Source: Candidatus Buchananbacteria bacterium
GTDB lineage: Bacteria; Patescibacteriota; Patescibacteriia; 2-01-FULL-39-33; JBAYJR01
Reading direction: 5' to 3'
Assembly: GCA_041665005.1 (NCBI GenBank)
Contig: JBAYJR010000001.1
Coordinates: 4,727 to 68,726, forward strand
Length of the DNA: 64,000 nt
Shown here: positions 52,245-61,966 of the stretch, in pieces
Layout: each line of letters starts with the position of its first letter
Position numbering within the stretch: position 1 is the first letter of the stretch
The notes under the pieces: generated by a model
The model's input: the letters and a program-made list of their open reading frames with translations, nothing else
Databases searched by the model: none
Told to the model about the DNA's origin: nothing
Translations under genes and position numbers: made by a program

Positions 52245-52598
52245 ATGCCGGAATTAAATGAAATTTTTTTGCGGATGCAAGAAAACAAACGTCAACAAAA
52301 AGACATTCGTAAATCTTTTAAAGATGCTTTGGCCAGTTCGCCCGCTTATCACGAAGTTACGGAACAGTATAAAGTAATTAAAGAAAAGAAAAAAACTTTA
52401 GAAAACCAAGTCTGGCAGGATTTTTCGCGGGAGTTGGAGGATTTAGACAAATTTCGTCAAGATTTAAAATCCGATGAGTTAATTTTAAGTGATTTGGCGG
52501 TTAATAAAATTTTGAAAGGCGAGCAATTAAAAATTACGGATCAGTATAATCATAATTACGAGCCGATTATTGCCGTTAAGTTTAAAAAAATTGATTAG
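52245..52598 (+). CDS. Hypothetical coiled-coil protein
   Basis: 117-aa helical ORF with an AT-rich leader. Confidence 0.7.
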   Translation: MPELNEIFLRMQENKRQQKDIRKSFKDALASSPAYHEVTEQYKVIKEKKKTLENQVWQDFSRELEDLDKFRQDLKSDELILSDLAVNKILKGEQLKITDQYNHNYEPIIAVKFKKID

Positions 52599-52702
52599 GC
52601 TAGTTAGGATGCAAGAATGATAGTTGCGGGTAAAGTATTGACAAAAGCTGAAAAATGGTGTATAAACAAAATACATAAGTTTATTCAAAGGAGGTTCGTC
52701 TA

Positions 52703-53089
52703 ATGGGTGAAAAAGTGTATCAATGGTTTATTGTAATAGCTTCGCCTGAGGTTAATAATTCCTTGGCAGCTTATTTCGCCAGCAAGGGAGAAATGGTTGA
52801 GCGGGAAAATTATGAACTTTACATTCCTAAAGAGGATCGTAAGGTTCAGGCTTGGGAAGTCGAATACCCAACGGTCGGCTTGTTACTGAAAAACAAGACC
52901 TTCCAATTAGATCGAGATTATAAGATATATAATCGGTGTGGCCGTAACGGTCAAGTGCGAAAGTGGTTGTTTGCCAAAAAGCGAACCACCGTCGCGGTTA
53001 AAAATAAATTGGCGGCTATGCGCCAGCCAAAAAAACCGCTATCCTGTGGGAGTAATCCCACTAGAGTAGCAGCGGTCTTCTCTAAATAA
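52703..53089 (+). CDS. Hypothetical protein
   Basis: AAAGGAGG SD; TTGACA at 52638; terminator after the stop. Confidence 0.65.
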   Translation: MGEKVYQWFIVIASPEVNNSLAAYFASKGEMVERENYELYIPKEDRKVQAWEVEYPTVGLLLKNKTFQLDRDYKIYNRCGRNGQVRKWLFAKKRTTVAVKNKLAAMRQPKKPLSCGSNPTRVAAVFSK

Positions 53090-53205
53090 TCGTATTTTTT
53101 TAAGCAACCAATAATTGGTTGCTTTTTTTTGGGGGTAATTTTTGTCACAACCAGGGGATTGTGCTAAACTGAAACAGTCGCCAGATAAAAATATCATTTG
53201 AGTTT

Positions 53206-54480
53206 ATGGTTAAGGCAGTTAAAAAATTTAACTTAGTAATTATTGGCGGTGGCGCCAGTGGTTTAGTGGCAGCAATTGCCGCTAAACGTCGCCAACCGGA
53301 TTTAACCGTAGCAGTGCTAGAGCGGACTTTTGCTTTGGGTCGCAAGGTGTTAATTACCGGCGCGGGACGTTGCAATTTGGCTAATGTTAAGCTTGCTCAA
53401 AATCCCGAGCGTTATTATCAGGGTGAGACTACGGTAATTAAATCAGTGTTTGAGCAATTTGGTTATACTCAGTTGATAAATTTTTTTGCGGAGTTGGGGA
53501 TTGAAACTTATCAAGAAGTTAAAAATAATAGCGGTAAAATTTATCCGGTGACTGATTCAGCTAAAACAATTGTAGAATTATTAGTTGATGAAGCTAAGCG
53601 GTTAGGCGTTAAATTTTTATTACAAACGGAAGTTAAAAAGCTTAAAAAAACTGGTTTACAATTTAGTCTATTAACAACCACGCCAGAAGGAAAAGAGGAA
53701 ATAATAGCCGAGCAAGTAATTTTAGCCGCCGGCGGTAAAACCTATCCGGCCTTAGGGGCTAATGGCTCGGGTTATGATTTGGCGCAAAGTTTGGGGCACC
53801 AGATAGTGCCGGTTACTTGCGCTGGTGTGCCAGTGGTGGCAAAAAATTCTTTATCGCAATTATTGCAAAAAACTAAAGTTAATTTAGCCGTAACCTGCTT
53901 AATTGCTGGTCAGCCCGTGGCGCAAACTATTAATGATGTAATGTTTACGGATTACGGTTTGTCCGGCACGGCAATTTTAGAAATCAGTCGGCCCATTGCG
54001 AAAGCCTTACAGCAAAATTCTCAAAGCAAAATTATTATTGTTTTAAATTTTTTTCCGGAGCAAACCGTAGCTCAAGTTAAAACTAAATTATTTACCCGGT
54101 GGCAAAAGCGTCCCGAACAAACTTTAGAGAAAAGCTTATTGGGTTTTTGGCCGCCTAAAGTGCCAGTGGCTTTGTTAAAAGTTTTAAAAATTGAACCAAA
54201 TTTATTAGTTAAAGATTTGAGTCAGGCACAAACAAAATGGTTAATAGACAATTTGACTGCTTATGAAATAAAAGTAAGTGGCATTCGCGGTTGGCAGGAG
54301 GCCGAATTTAGCGTGGGTGGCGTGCCGGCCGCCGAAGTTAAGGTTAAAACTTTGGAATCAATTAAAGTGCCCGGTTTATATTTGGCGGGTGAAATTTTGG
54401 ATGTTGATGGTCCGTTAGGCGGTTATAATTTAGCTTGGGCTTGGGCCTCGGGTTACGTGGCTGGGCAATTACAAAAATAA
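53206..54480 (+). CDS. HI0933/BaiN-family flavoprotein
   Basis: IIGGGASG, GRKVLITGAGRCN, GEILDVDGPLGGYNL. Confidence 0.92.
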   Translation: MVKAVKKFNLVIIGGGASGLVAAIAAKRRQPDLTVAVLERTFALGRKVLITGAGRCNLANVKLAQNPERYYQGETTVIKSVFEQFGYTQLINFFAELGIETYQEVKNNSGKIYPVTDSAKTIVELLVDEAKRLGVKFLLQTEVKKLKKTGLQFSLLTTTPEGKEEIIAEQVILAAGGKTYPALGANGSGYDLAQSLGHQIVPVTCAGVPVVAKNSLSQLLQKTKVNLAVTCLIAGQPVAQTINDVMFTDYGLSGTAILEISRPIAKALQQNSQSKIIIVLNFFPEQTVAQVKTKLFTRWQKRPEQTLEKSLLGFWPPKVPVALLKVLKIEPNLLVKDLSQAQTKWLIDNLTAYEIKVSGIRGWQEAEFSVGGVPAAEVKVKTLESIKVPGLYLAGEILDVDGPLGGYNLAWAWASGYVAGQLQK

Positions 54481-54494
54481 TTTTAATTTTTATT

Positions 54495-55070
54495 ATGTCT
54501 AAAGAAATCGTGTTTGATATTGAAACTCGGGATATCTTCTCGGCGGAAAAGAAAAATCCGTCAGATTTGCGTTTGTCGGTAGTGGTAATTTATCGGTATG
54601 AAACTAATACCTATGAACATTTTTTTGAATCAGAATTAGCTAAACTTTGGCCGTTGTTGGAACACAGCGAGCGGTTGATTGGTTATAATATTAACCATTT
54701 TGATTTGCCGGTTTTGCAAAATTCTTATTCGGGTCAATTAAGTCGTTTGCCGGCCTTAGATTTATTTGAAGAAGTGCAAAAAGCGGCCGGCTTTCGCTTG
54801 AAGCTGGAATCATTAGCGCAGGCTACTTTGGGCTATGGTAAAAGTGGTTCTGGTTTAGATGCAGTTAAATATTTTGCAGAAGGGAAGTTAAAAGAATTAG
54901 TCAAATATTGCACGGACGATGTTAAAGTAACCAAAGAATTGTATGAATATGGTTTAAAGAATAAAGAAGTTTTTTACCAAGATTTTTTTAGTAAAAATAA
55001 AATTAAAGTGCCAGTTGATTTTACGACTAAAGATTTAAAATCCTCAGTTAATTTAAGTTTACCTTTTTAG
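54495..55070 (+). CDS. RNase H-like (YprB/RNase_H_2) exonuclease-domain protein
   Basis: FDIET, IGYNINHFD, YCTDDV; ATG at 54495. Confidence 0.82.
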   Translation: MSKEIVFDIETRDIFSAEKKNPSDLRLSVVVIYRYETNTYEHFFESELAKLWPLLEHSERLIGYNINHFDLPVLQNSYSGQLSRLPALDLFEEVQKAAGFRLKLESLAQATLGYGKSGSGLDAVKYFAEGKLKELVKYCTDDVKVTKELYEYGLKNKEVFYQDFFSKNKIKVPVDFTTKDLKSSVNLSLPF

Positions 55071-55146
55071 CTGTTGAAAGCTTAGTTAAGGCCTAATTGG
55101 ACTAACAGTTTAGTCCAATTTTTTGTTTTATTATTTACGTATTTTT

Positions 55147-55211
55147 TGTCATTCCGGCCTACGAGCCGGAATCTAGCCCCTTTGTCATTCCTGGCTTGAC
55201 CAGGAATCCGG
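55147..55211. repeat. Two tandem GTCATTCC..GGAATC palindromic repeats (REP/RPE-like)
   Basis: TTGTCATTCCGGCCTACGAGCCGGAATC and TTGTCATTCCTGGCTTGACCAGGAATC. Confidence 0.7.
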
Positions 55212-55567
55212 ATTAATTAATTTTGTCACTATTACTCCAGAAGTGATTACTTCTCAGCAGAACATTCTCCTTATTATTTCTTGTTCTTTTGGCAGCAAAA
55301 GAACCAAAACTGCTGGGTGACAAATTCACTAGTTGCTACTTAGGATATGTAGTGAATTAATCCTTGACGTTCAATTGTCACCCAGACCCAGGGTGGTTCT
55401 GCCCGCGTTAAATATAAATAATAATAAAAACACCCAATAGAACTTAGATTGGTTGTCGGACTAAGGATGGTTATCTGGGGTTTAGGTCGGTTGTAAAAAG
55501 TATGGGTTTTTGTTAAGATAGACAAAGCTTAACTGCTAAACATCAGTCAAATTTTTATAGTATTTAT

Positions 55568-56635
55568 ATGCCCCAACTTTGCCCCGAACTCACTACCAAA
55601 CTAGCCCCCCTCAAACAACTCAAACAAGAGTTTGATTTGGAATTAACCAAAGCTCAGAGTTTAAGTCCTAATAAACCAGAGGATTTAGTTTTGGTTAGGG
55701 AGGCTAAGATTAAATTAGAACAAGCCTCTCAAGCTTTTCAAGATCTCCAAAACGAACTCTGGTTAGAAACCCCCGAACTAACCCCAGAAAACCTTAAAGC
55801 CCAGTATGAAGCCCAAGTAGACATTCTCCGTAAAAACAACCTCCTAAAAACCCTCTCCACTGGCGAATTAGGTATTGAAGCAATTGATAAGCGGGAATAC
55901 CCCATACCAACTCTAGAACAAATAGAGTTTTTTATCTTAAAAAATAAAGAATTTTTGAAAACCAAAATTCCACAAGGCTTTGTTAAACTAATTATTGTTC
56001 CCTTTGGCTTGCCAATTAGTTCCCTAATAGAGGCTTATAGCAAGGCCTTAATCGAATGCCACAAACAAGGCTGTTTATATGATGCCCAATTCCTACATTT
56101 TGAGTTTAATGCAAAACCTATCCATGATTATACCGGATGGGTCAAAGCCGAAGCCACAGGAGAGCTAGTATATTTCCCCAAAGAATACTCAAAAACTACT
56201 CATCAAGGTAAAACTAAGCAAGAACTTTTACCTACTCAAGCTTGGCAAATTCTAATGCTTGAAGACTCGCCCGATATTCCAGATAAAGGCAAGGGCAAAA
56301 CCGTTAATGGTCGTCAGCAACCAGAAGCTAACCAATCACCCAATGACTATCTTAAACAACTCCAAACCAACCTTCAGTATAAAGGCGAACAAGGCTTAAC
56401 CCCAGAATCCTGGCTAGTTTATGGTTTAGATTATTTAAAAGAAGGACGCCAAATAATTGATAGCCGGCAAGATTACTATAGAGGCTGTATTATGGTTAAT
56501 AGTTATTTTAAAGAAACTGGTTATGTGCCGACAGCCTACCCTGGCCATGGCGATATGTCGGTCACTTTGGATCGGAAGAGCCCGAACGATTCCTGGACTA
56601 TCGGTGCCACCCGCTTTGCAGTAAGTATTCTTTAA
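55568..56635 (+). CDS. Paralog-family protein: shared N-terminal module plus putative C-type-lectin-like fold with variable C-terminus
   Basis: Highly similar to 57844 and 63232; C-terminus ..VP.AY..V.L.R..P....GA.RF.V. Confidence 0.75.
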   Translation: MPQLCPELTTKLAPLKQLKQEFDLELTKAQSLSPNKPEDLVLVREAKIKLEQASQAFQDLQNELWLETPELTPENLKAQYEAQVDILRKNNLLKTLSTGELGIEAIDKREYPIPTLEQIEFFILKNKEFLKTKIPQGFVKLIIVPFGLPISSLIEAYSKALIECHKQGCLYDAQFLHFEFNAKPIHDYTGWVKAEATGELVYFPKEYSKTTHQGKTKQELLPTQAWQILMLEDSPDIPDKGKGKTVNGRQQPEANQSPNDYLKQLQTNLQYKGEQGLTPESWLVYGLDYLKEGRQIIDSRQDYYRGCIMVNSYFKETGYVPTAYPGHGDMSVTLDRKSPNDSWTIGATRFAVSIL

Positions 56636-56645
56636 ATAAATTTGT

Positions 56646-57833
56646 ATGCCCCAACTTTGCCCCGAACTTACAACCAAGCTAGCCTCCCTCAAACAACTCA
56701 AAGCAGAGTTTGATTTGGAATTAACCAAAATTAAAAATTTAGATTCTAAAAAATCAGATGATTTAGTTTTGGTTAGGCAAATAAAAAATCAATTGGAGTC
56801 GACCTTGAAAAGTATCCAAGAAATTATGGTAACAGTTGATTGGAAAGATTTTTATTACAGAGAACTAACTTCTGTAGAAAACAAAAATAATTATCATGAA
56901 GAGCAGGTTCTTGAAGGAAACGGTAATGGAGTGTTAGCTTTGCAGGTTTTACATGGTGGACTACGGTTGGTTTCTGGTGGCGGCGATGGTACTATTAAGC
57001 TTTGGGAGTGGGAGCTAAATCTTCCTAGTCGGTATAAAGAGAAGCAAACTTTTTCGGAGCGTTACTCAGTTTCAGCCCTGCAGGTTTTACCTGATGGTAA
57101 TATTGTTTCGGCCGCTAGTAATGGGACTATGAAGATTTGGGATCGGAATATTTATGGTTTGGTTGAAACTTCGCAGATTATTAGAGAACATATGCAGGGT
57201 TATGTACAAACACTTAAGGTTTTTCCTAGTGGTCGAATTGTTGCCGGGATTAGTAATGGTGGTATTGAAATTTGGGATAAAGACAGTCAGGGTCAATATT
57301 ATCAGGCCCAGGGTATTGCCGGGTCGGGAGGTCATGTGCTGACCTTGCAAACTTTACCGGACGGTCAGATCTTTTTTAGCAATGGTAAAATCAATATTTT
57401 GCATCAGGACAGTTGGAATCAGTATGATAGATTACAAGAAATTGATAACCAAGATCTCTTCACTCTGGTTTTGCAAGTCTTGCCCGATGGTCGGATCGTT
57501 TCGGGCACTCTGCAAGGCGACATTCAAATATGGGATCAAGATGCCAAAGGTAAATACCAATTAACTCAATCTTTTTTTGGTCACAGAAATTCTGTACGAG
57601 ATTTGCAAGTCTTGCCCGATGGTCGGATTGTTTCTGGTGGCGGGGATTACACGGTTAAAATTTGGGAACAAGACCAAGCGGGTATTTATCGTAACATTGA
57701 AACACTTTCTAGTGCTAAGGTTACCAATGACCACGGATCGGTCTATACTTTGCAGGTTTTGGCTGATGGTCGGATTTTTGCGGGTTATGGTAATAATAAT
57801 GTTATAATCTGGGATGGTGATAAGGTAAAATAA
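56646..57833 (+). CDS. WD40-repeat protein with shared N-terminal module
   Basis: About seven repeats LQVLPDGRIVSG..D.T.KIW[DE]. Confidence 0.88.
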   Translation: MPQLCPELTTKLASLKQLKAEFDLELTKIKNLDSKKSDDLVLVRQIKNQLESTLKSIQEIMVTVDWKDFYYRELTSVENKNNYHEEQVLEGNGNGVLALQVLHGGLRLVSGGGDGTIKLWEWELNLPSRYKEKQTFSERYSVSALQVLPDGNIVSAASNGTMKIWDRNIYGLVETSQIIREHMQGYVQTLKVFPSGRIVAGISNGGIEIWDKDSQGQYYQAQGIAGSGGHVLTLQTLPDGQIFFSNGKINILHQDSWNQYDRLQEIDNQDLFTLVLQVLPDGRIVSGTLQGDIQIWDQDAKGKYQLTQSFFGHRNSVRDLQVLPDGRIVSGGGDYTVKIWEQDQAGIYRNIETLSSAKVTNDHGSVYTLQVLADGRIFAGYGNNNVIIWDGDKVK

Positions 57834-57843
57834 ATAAATTTAT

Positions 57844-58926
57844 ATGCCCAGACTTTGTCCCAAACTTACAACTAAACTAGAATCCACCAAAGCGCTTAAA
57901 AAAGAGTTTGATTTGGAATTTACTAAAATTAGAAATCTAAACTCTAAAAAATCCGAGGATCTTATTTTCATCAGAGACATTAAATCCAACCTGAACCAAA
58001 CCCTCCAAGACCTCCAAAACCAACTCTGGCTAGAAACCCCCGAATTAACCCGAGAAAACCTTAAAGCCCAATATGAATTTCAGAAAAACCTTCTTATTAA
58101 GGCTGGCTTAGCAAAACCTCTCTCCACTGGTGAATTAGGTATTGAAGCAATCGATAACAAAGAATACCCCATACCCACCCTAGAACAGATTGAAGAAATG
58201 ATGCTAGAAAAACGTAAGTTATTAGAAACCAAAATCCCACAAGGCTTTGTTAAGTTAGTTCTTGTTCCTTTCGGCTTGCCAATTAGCTCCCTAATAGAGG
58301 CTTATGACAAGGCCCTAACGGAATATCATCAGCGAGGTGAGCTCCTAGACACCCAAAATAAACCTTTGGGGCTTGATAAAGAGATTGGTAAAAAGTTTAT
58401 TTATGATAATGGTGCTAAATATTATATCCAAGCCGAAGCCACGGGAGATTTAGTATATTTCCCTCAAGAATACTCCAAAATTACTCATCAAGGTAAAACC
58501 AAAAAACAACTCCTAGCCACCCAAGCCTGGCAAGTCCTACTACTTGAAGACTTGCCCGACCTTCCAGATCAAGGTCAAGGTAAAATCATAGCTAAACGCC
58601 AGCAACCAGAAGCTAACCAAATACCCAAGAAGTATCTTAGACAACTCCAGACCGACCCTCAGTATAAAGGTGAACAAGGTTTAACTCCAGAATCCTGGCT
58701 AGTTTATGGCTTAAGTCACTTAGTGCAAAGTAAACAAATGATTGAGAGCGGGGAAAGAGAATATGGTTATAGGGGTTGTTATTTACTTGATAGTTGTTTT
58801 AAAAAATCTGGTGACGTGCTGTACGCCTATTTATATCGTAGCGATGCGCGGGTCAGCTTGGTTCGGAGTGCTCCGGATAGTCACAATACCTACGGTGCCG
58901 GTCGGTTTTCGGTGAGTATTTCTTGA
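57844..58926 (+). CDS. Paralog of 55568
   Basis: Shared blocks LSTGELGIEAID..EYPIPTLEQ, HQGKTK, QGLTPESWLVYGL. Confidence 0.75.
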   Translation: MPRLCPKLTTKLESTKALKKEFDLEFTKIRNLNSKKSEDLIFIRDIKSNLNQTLQDLQNQLWLETPELTRENLKAQYEFQKNLLIKAGLAKPLSTGELGIEAIDNKEYPIPTLEQIEEMMLEKRKLLETKIPQGFVKLVLVPFGLPISSLIEAYDKALTEYHQRGELLDTQNKPLGLDKEIGKKFIYDNGAKYYIQAEATGDLVYFPQEYSKITHQGKTKKQLLATQAWQVLLLEDLPDLPDQGQGKIIAKRQQPEANQIPKKYLRQLQTDPQYKGEQGLTPESWLVYGLSHLVQSKQMIESGEREYGYRGCYLLDSCFKKSGDVLYAYLYRSDARVSLVRSAPDSHNTYGAGRFSVSIS

Positions 58927-59042
58927 TCTTTGTTTTTAGTTAATAATTAGTTCCAGCTATTGACAATAATTAATTTGCTTGCTATAATATTTTCACTTTA
59001 AAAGCCTGTAGGCTTTTTTATTTTACCAAGGAGGTAAACAAA

Positions 59043-59183
59043 TTGATTAAAAACAATCAAACAACAGGGGATGGTAAGCAGGATAAGGCAAACAGCTGTC
59101 AGAGGCATTTTGAGTACCAAATGCCCGATGGCAGTATTATCTGCTATCATTGTGGGGAAGCCTTAATAAAGGCTAAACCCTAA
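59043..59183 (+). CDS. Small putative Zn-binding protein, 46 aa (not in the ORF track)
   Basis: AAGGAGGT SD, TTG start, CQRH...CYHC; own promoter (58960) and terminator. Confidence 0.5.
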   Translation: MIKNNQTTGDGKQDKANSCQRHFEYQMPDGSIICYHCGEALIKAKP

Positions 59184-59294
59184 ATTTTCCCCGAATCACC
59201 GGCGTTAATATTTAATGCCGGTTTTTTATTTGACAAAGAGTCTTGGCCAATGTTATACTAAATATGATAAATCATACTAATCATATTAAACCAT

Positions 59295-59576
59295 ATGAAC
59301 AAAAAAATCAGCGGACACCTTGATGCCCAGTGCTATGGTGTGACCACCTTGGGCGAGCGGGGACAAATTGTTATTCCTAACGAATTGCGCCAAGCTTTGC
59401 GTTTGCGAAGTGGTGATAAACTGCTAGTATTTAGTCGTTTTGATAAACTAATTGCTTTGGTTAAAGCCACAGAGTTGGAAAGTTTTTTAAATTATATGAT
59501 GAAAAAGTTTGGCCCAAAAATCATCCCAGCCCAGTATCGTTCGCATTTAGCCAAGGCTAAAACTAAGAAAAAATAA
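59295..59576 (+). CDS. AbrB/MazE/SpoVT-family DNA-binding protein
   Basis: TTLGERGQIVIPNELRQAL..GDKL; upstream inverted repeat TATGAT-AA-ATCATA. Confidence 0.88.
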   Translation: MNKKISGHLDAQCYGVTTLGERGQIVIPNELRQALRLRSGDKLLVFSRFDKLIALVKATELESFLNYMMKKFGPKIIPAQYRSHLAKAKTKKK

Positions 59577-59639
59577 CTGGCCAAATTGGGCTAAAAGTGC
59601 TATAGTAATTAAATAATATTATAATTTTTAATAAAATTT

Positions 59640-61217
59640 ATGAGTATGGTAAAAGTGTTTAAAAACAAATGGTTTTGGGTTGGCGCGGTAATTGTTATAT
59701 TGATTATCGGCTATTTTTGGTTAGCCGCCGGCAAGAGCACAGTAGTATATACTACGGAGCCGGTTAAACGAGCTAATATTATTCAAACCGTAACGGCTAC
59801 TGGCGAAGTACAAAGCGCTACGGAAATTAATTTAAATTTTAAAAATTCTGGTTGGTTGGCTAGATTAAATGTCAAAGTGGGTGACAAAGTTAAAGCCGGA
59901 CAAGAATTAGCGCAGTTACAAAATGGTTCGTTAGTGGCTTCGGTAATGGCGGCGCAAGCTAATTTGACTAAAGTTTTGGCCGGTACAGCCGCCGAAGATA
60001 TTAAAATTTACGAACAAAGCGTGGCCAAAGAACAAGCGGCTTTGGATACTTTATTGAGTAAGCGTGATCAGGATTTAGTCACCTCTCGTAACAAAGTATT
60101 AGACGCTTTAAATAATGCCAATTTTGCGGCGGCCGTGGCCTTGAATACGGTTTATAAAGATTTAATTGATACTAATAATATCAGCAATTTAAATGTTATG
60201 CAGACTAGTTTGTATAACAATATTTCGCCTGGTTACAGTTTAGCCAATAGCAAATTAATTTCGGCCAAAAATTTTTATACCACGGCGGCTAGCACTAGAA
60301 ATGATTTAGATATTATTGCGGCAGTTAACGCTACCAAGGAAGCCTTAAATCAGTTGACAATTTTATTAAGTAATTCTTTTGAAGTGGCCGATTCAATCAT
60401 TCTTAATAGTACTTATACCCAAAGCAAAAAGGATACCATCAAAACCGAAATTACTACCGAACAAGGTAATACTAATGCTAATCTAACGGCGGTAGAAACG
60501 GCTCGGGCGACTTTGGTTAACGGTGCGGCTTCGTATGAAAGTCAAATTAAAACGCAACAGGCAGCCTTGGCTTATGCCCAGGCTCAGTTGGCTCAAAAAC
60601 AAGCTCCGGCTAAGCAATACGATGTGGATTATTATCGTGCGCAGTTGCTACAAGCGCAGGCTAATTTAGGAGATACGATTATTCGGGCGCCGATTGATGG
60701 GGTAATCACCAAAAAGAATTACGAGGTAGGTGATCAAGTTTCACAAACCAACCCGGTGTTAGTTATGATGGGTAATAGCAACTTAGAAATTGAAGTTAAC
60801 ATTCCAGAATCGGACGTGGCTAAATTAAAAGTTGGTCAATCGGTGGATATTACTTTGGATGCATTTGGGGAAGATATTCCTTTTAAAGGCCAGGTGACTT
60901 TTATCGATCCGGCCGCTACCAAAATTTCGGACGTGGTTTATTATAAAACCAAAGTTACTTTAGATGACAATAAAGAGGCGATTAAACCGGGTATGACGGC
61001 TAATTTAACAATTACTACGGCTAATCGCGAAAATGTTTTGGTTACCTTGCAACGTGCGGTAATTAGTAAAGATGGTCAAAAAACGGTACAGGTCTTAGTG
61101 GCCGGTCAGCCGGTAGAAAAGCCAGTTGAATTGGGTTTGTGGGGTGATGAAGGTTTGGTGGAAGTATTAAGCGGTTTAACTGAGGGGGAACAAGTAGTTA
61201 CCTTTACTAAAAAATAA
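59640..61217 (+). CDS. Efflux periplasmic adaptor (MacA/HlyD-like) with long coiled coil
   Basis: N-terminal TM helix, VKVGDKVKAGQ, IRAPIDG, IKPGMTA. Confidence 0.9.
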   Translation: MSMVKVFKNKWFWVGAVIVILIIGYFWLAAGKSTVVYTTEPVKRANIIQTVTATGEVQSATEINLNFKNSGWLARLNVKVGDKVKAGQELAQLQNGSLVASVMAAQANLTKVLAGTAAEDIKIYEQSVAKEQAALDTLLSKRDQDLVTSRNKVLDALNNANFAAAVALNTVYKDLIDTNNISNLNVMQTSLYNNISPGYSLANSKLISAKNFYTTAASTRNDLDIIAAVNATKEALNQLTILLSNSFEVADSIILNSTYTQSKKDTIKTEITTEQGNTNANLTAVETARATLVNGAASYESQIKTQQAALAYAQAQLAQKQAPAKQYDVDYYRAQLLQAQANLGDTIIRAPIDGVITKKNYEVGDQVSQTNPVLVMMGNSNLEIEVNIPESDVAKLKVGQSVDITLDAFGEDIPFKGQVTFIDPAATKISDVVYYKTKVTLDDNKEAIKPGMTANLTITTANRENVLVTLQRAVISKDGQKTVQVLVAGQPVEKPVELGLWGDEGLVEVLSGLTEGEQVVTFTKK

Positions 61218-61226
61218 ATTGGTTTT

Positions 61227-61952
61227 ATGGATAAGCAAACAATCATAAAAATAGTTGATTTGTGTAAGGATTATGTTAATGAGGGAGTGGTTACCGATGT
61301 TTTACACGGCATTACTTTTGAAATTAAAGCTGGTGAATTTGTGGCGATTATGGGGCCGTCGGGTTCTGGTAAATCTACTTTAATGCATATTTTAGGATTT
61401 CTAGATTCGCCGACTACCGGTGAATATTATTTTGATGGTGATGACGTAAAAAAATTAACGGATGAAGAAATGGCTAAGGTGAGAAATCAGAAAATTGGGT
61501 TTATTTTTCAACAGTTTAATTTGTTACCCAAAACCTCGGTTTACGACAATGTTAAATTGCCGCTGCTATATGGCAAGTATACTGATATTGATGGACGAGT
61601 CAAAAAGGCGATTACGGCCGTTGGTTTGGAACATCGGTTAAATTATTTATCCAACCAATTATCGGGCGGAGAAAAACAGCGAGTAGCCATTGCTCGATCT
61701 TTAGTGACTGATCCCAAAGTAATTTTTGCGGATGAACCGACAGGCAACCTTGACTCTAAATCCGGCAAACAGATTATGAATATTTTAAACCAGTTAAACG
61801 AAGAGGGCCACACTATCATTTTGGTAACGCACGAAACTTATACCGCCGAACATGCTAAGCGTATTTTAAAAATTAAAGACGGTTTGATGGTGGAAGACAG
61901 ATTAGTAGATGAACAAACGAGAAAAAATGCTTTGGCGGGTATTTTGAAATAG
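61227..61952 (+). CDS. ABC transporter ATP-binding protein (MacB/LolD-like)
   Basis: [27 protein letters not shown]. Confidence 0.95.
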   Translation: MDKQTIIKIVDLCKDYVNEGVVTDVLHGITFEIKAGEFVAIMGPSGSGKSTLMHILGFLDSPTTGEYYFDGDDVKKLTDEEMAKVRNQKIGFIFQQFNLLPKTSVYDNVKLPLLYGKYTDIDGRVKKAITAVGLEHRLNYLSNQLSGGEKQRVAIARSLVTDPKVIFADEPTGNLDSKSGKQIMNILNQLNEEGHTIILVTHETYTAEHAKRILKIKDGLMVEDRLVDEQTRKNALAGILK

Positions 61953-61966
61953 TAATAATTGTTTTT

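Noticed and set aside
59295-59576. AbrB gene as the antitoxin of a toxin-antitoxin pair
   Set aside because: No adjacent toxin ORF; more simply a regulator of the downstream ABC exporter.
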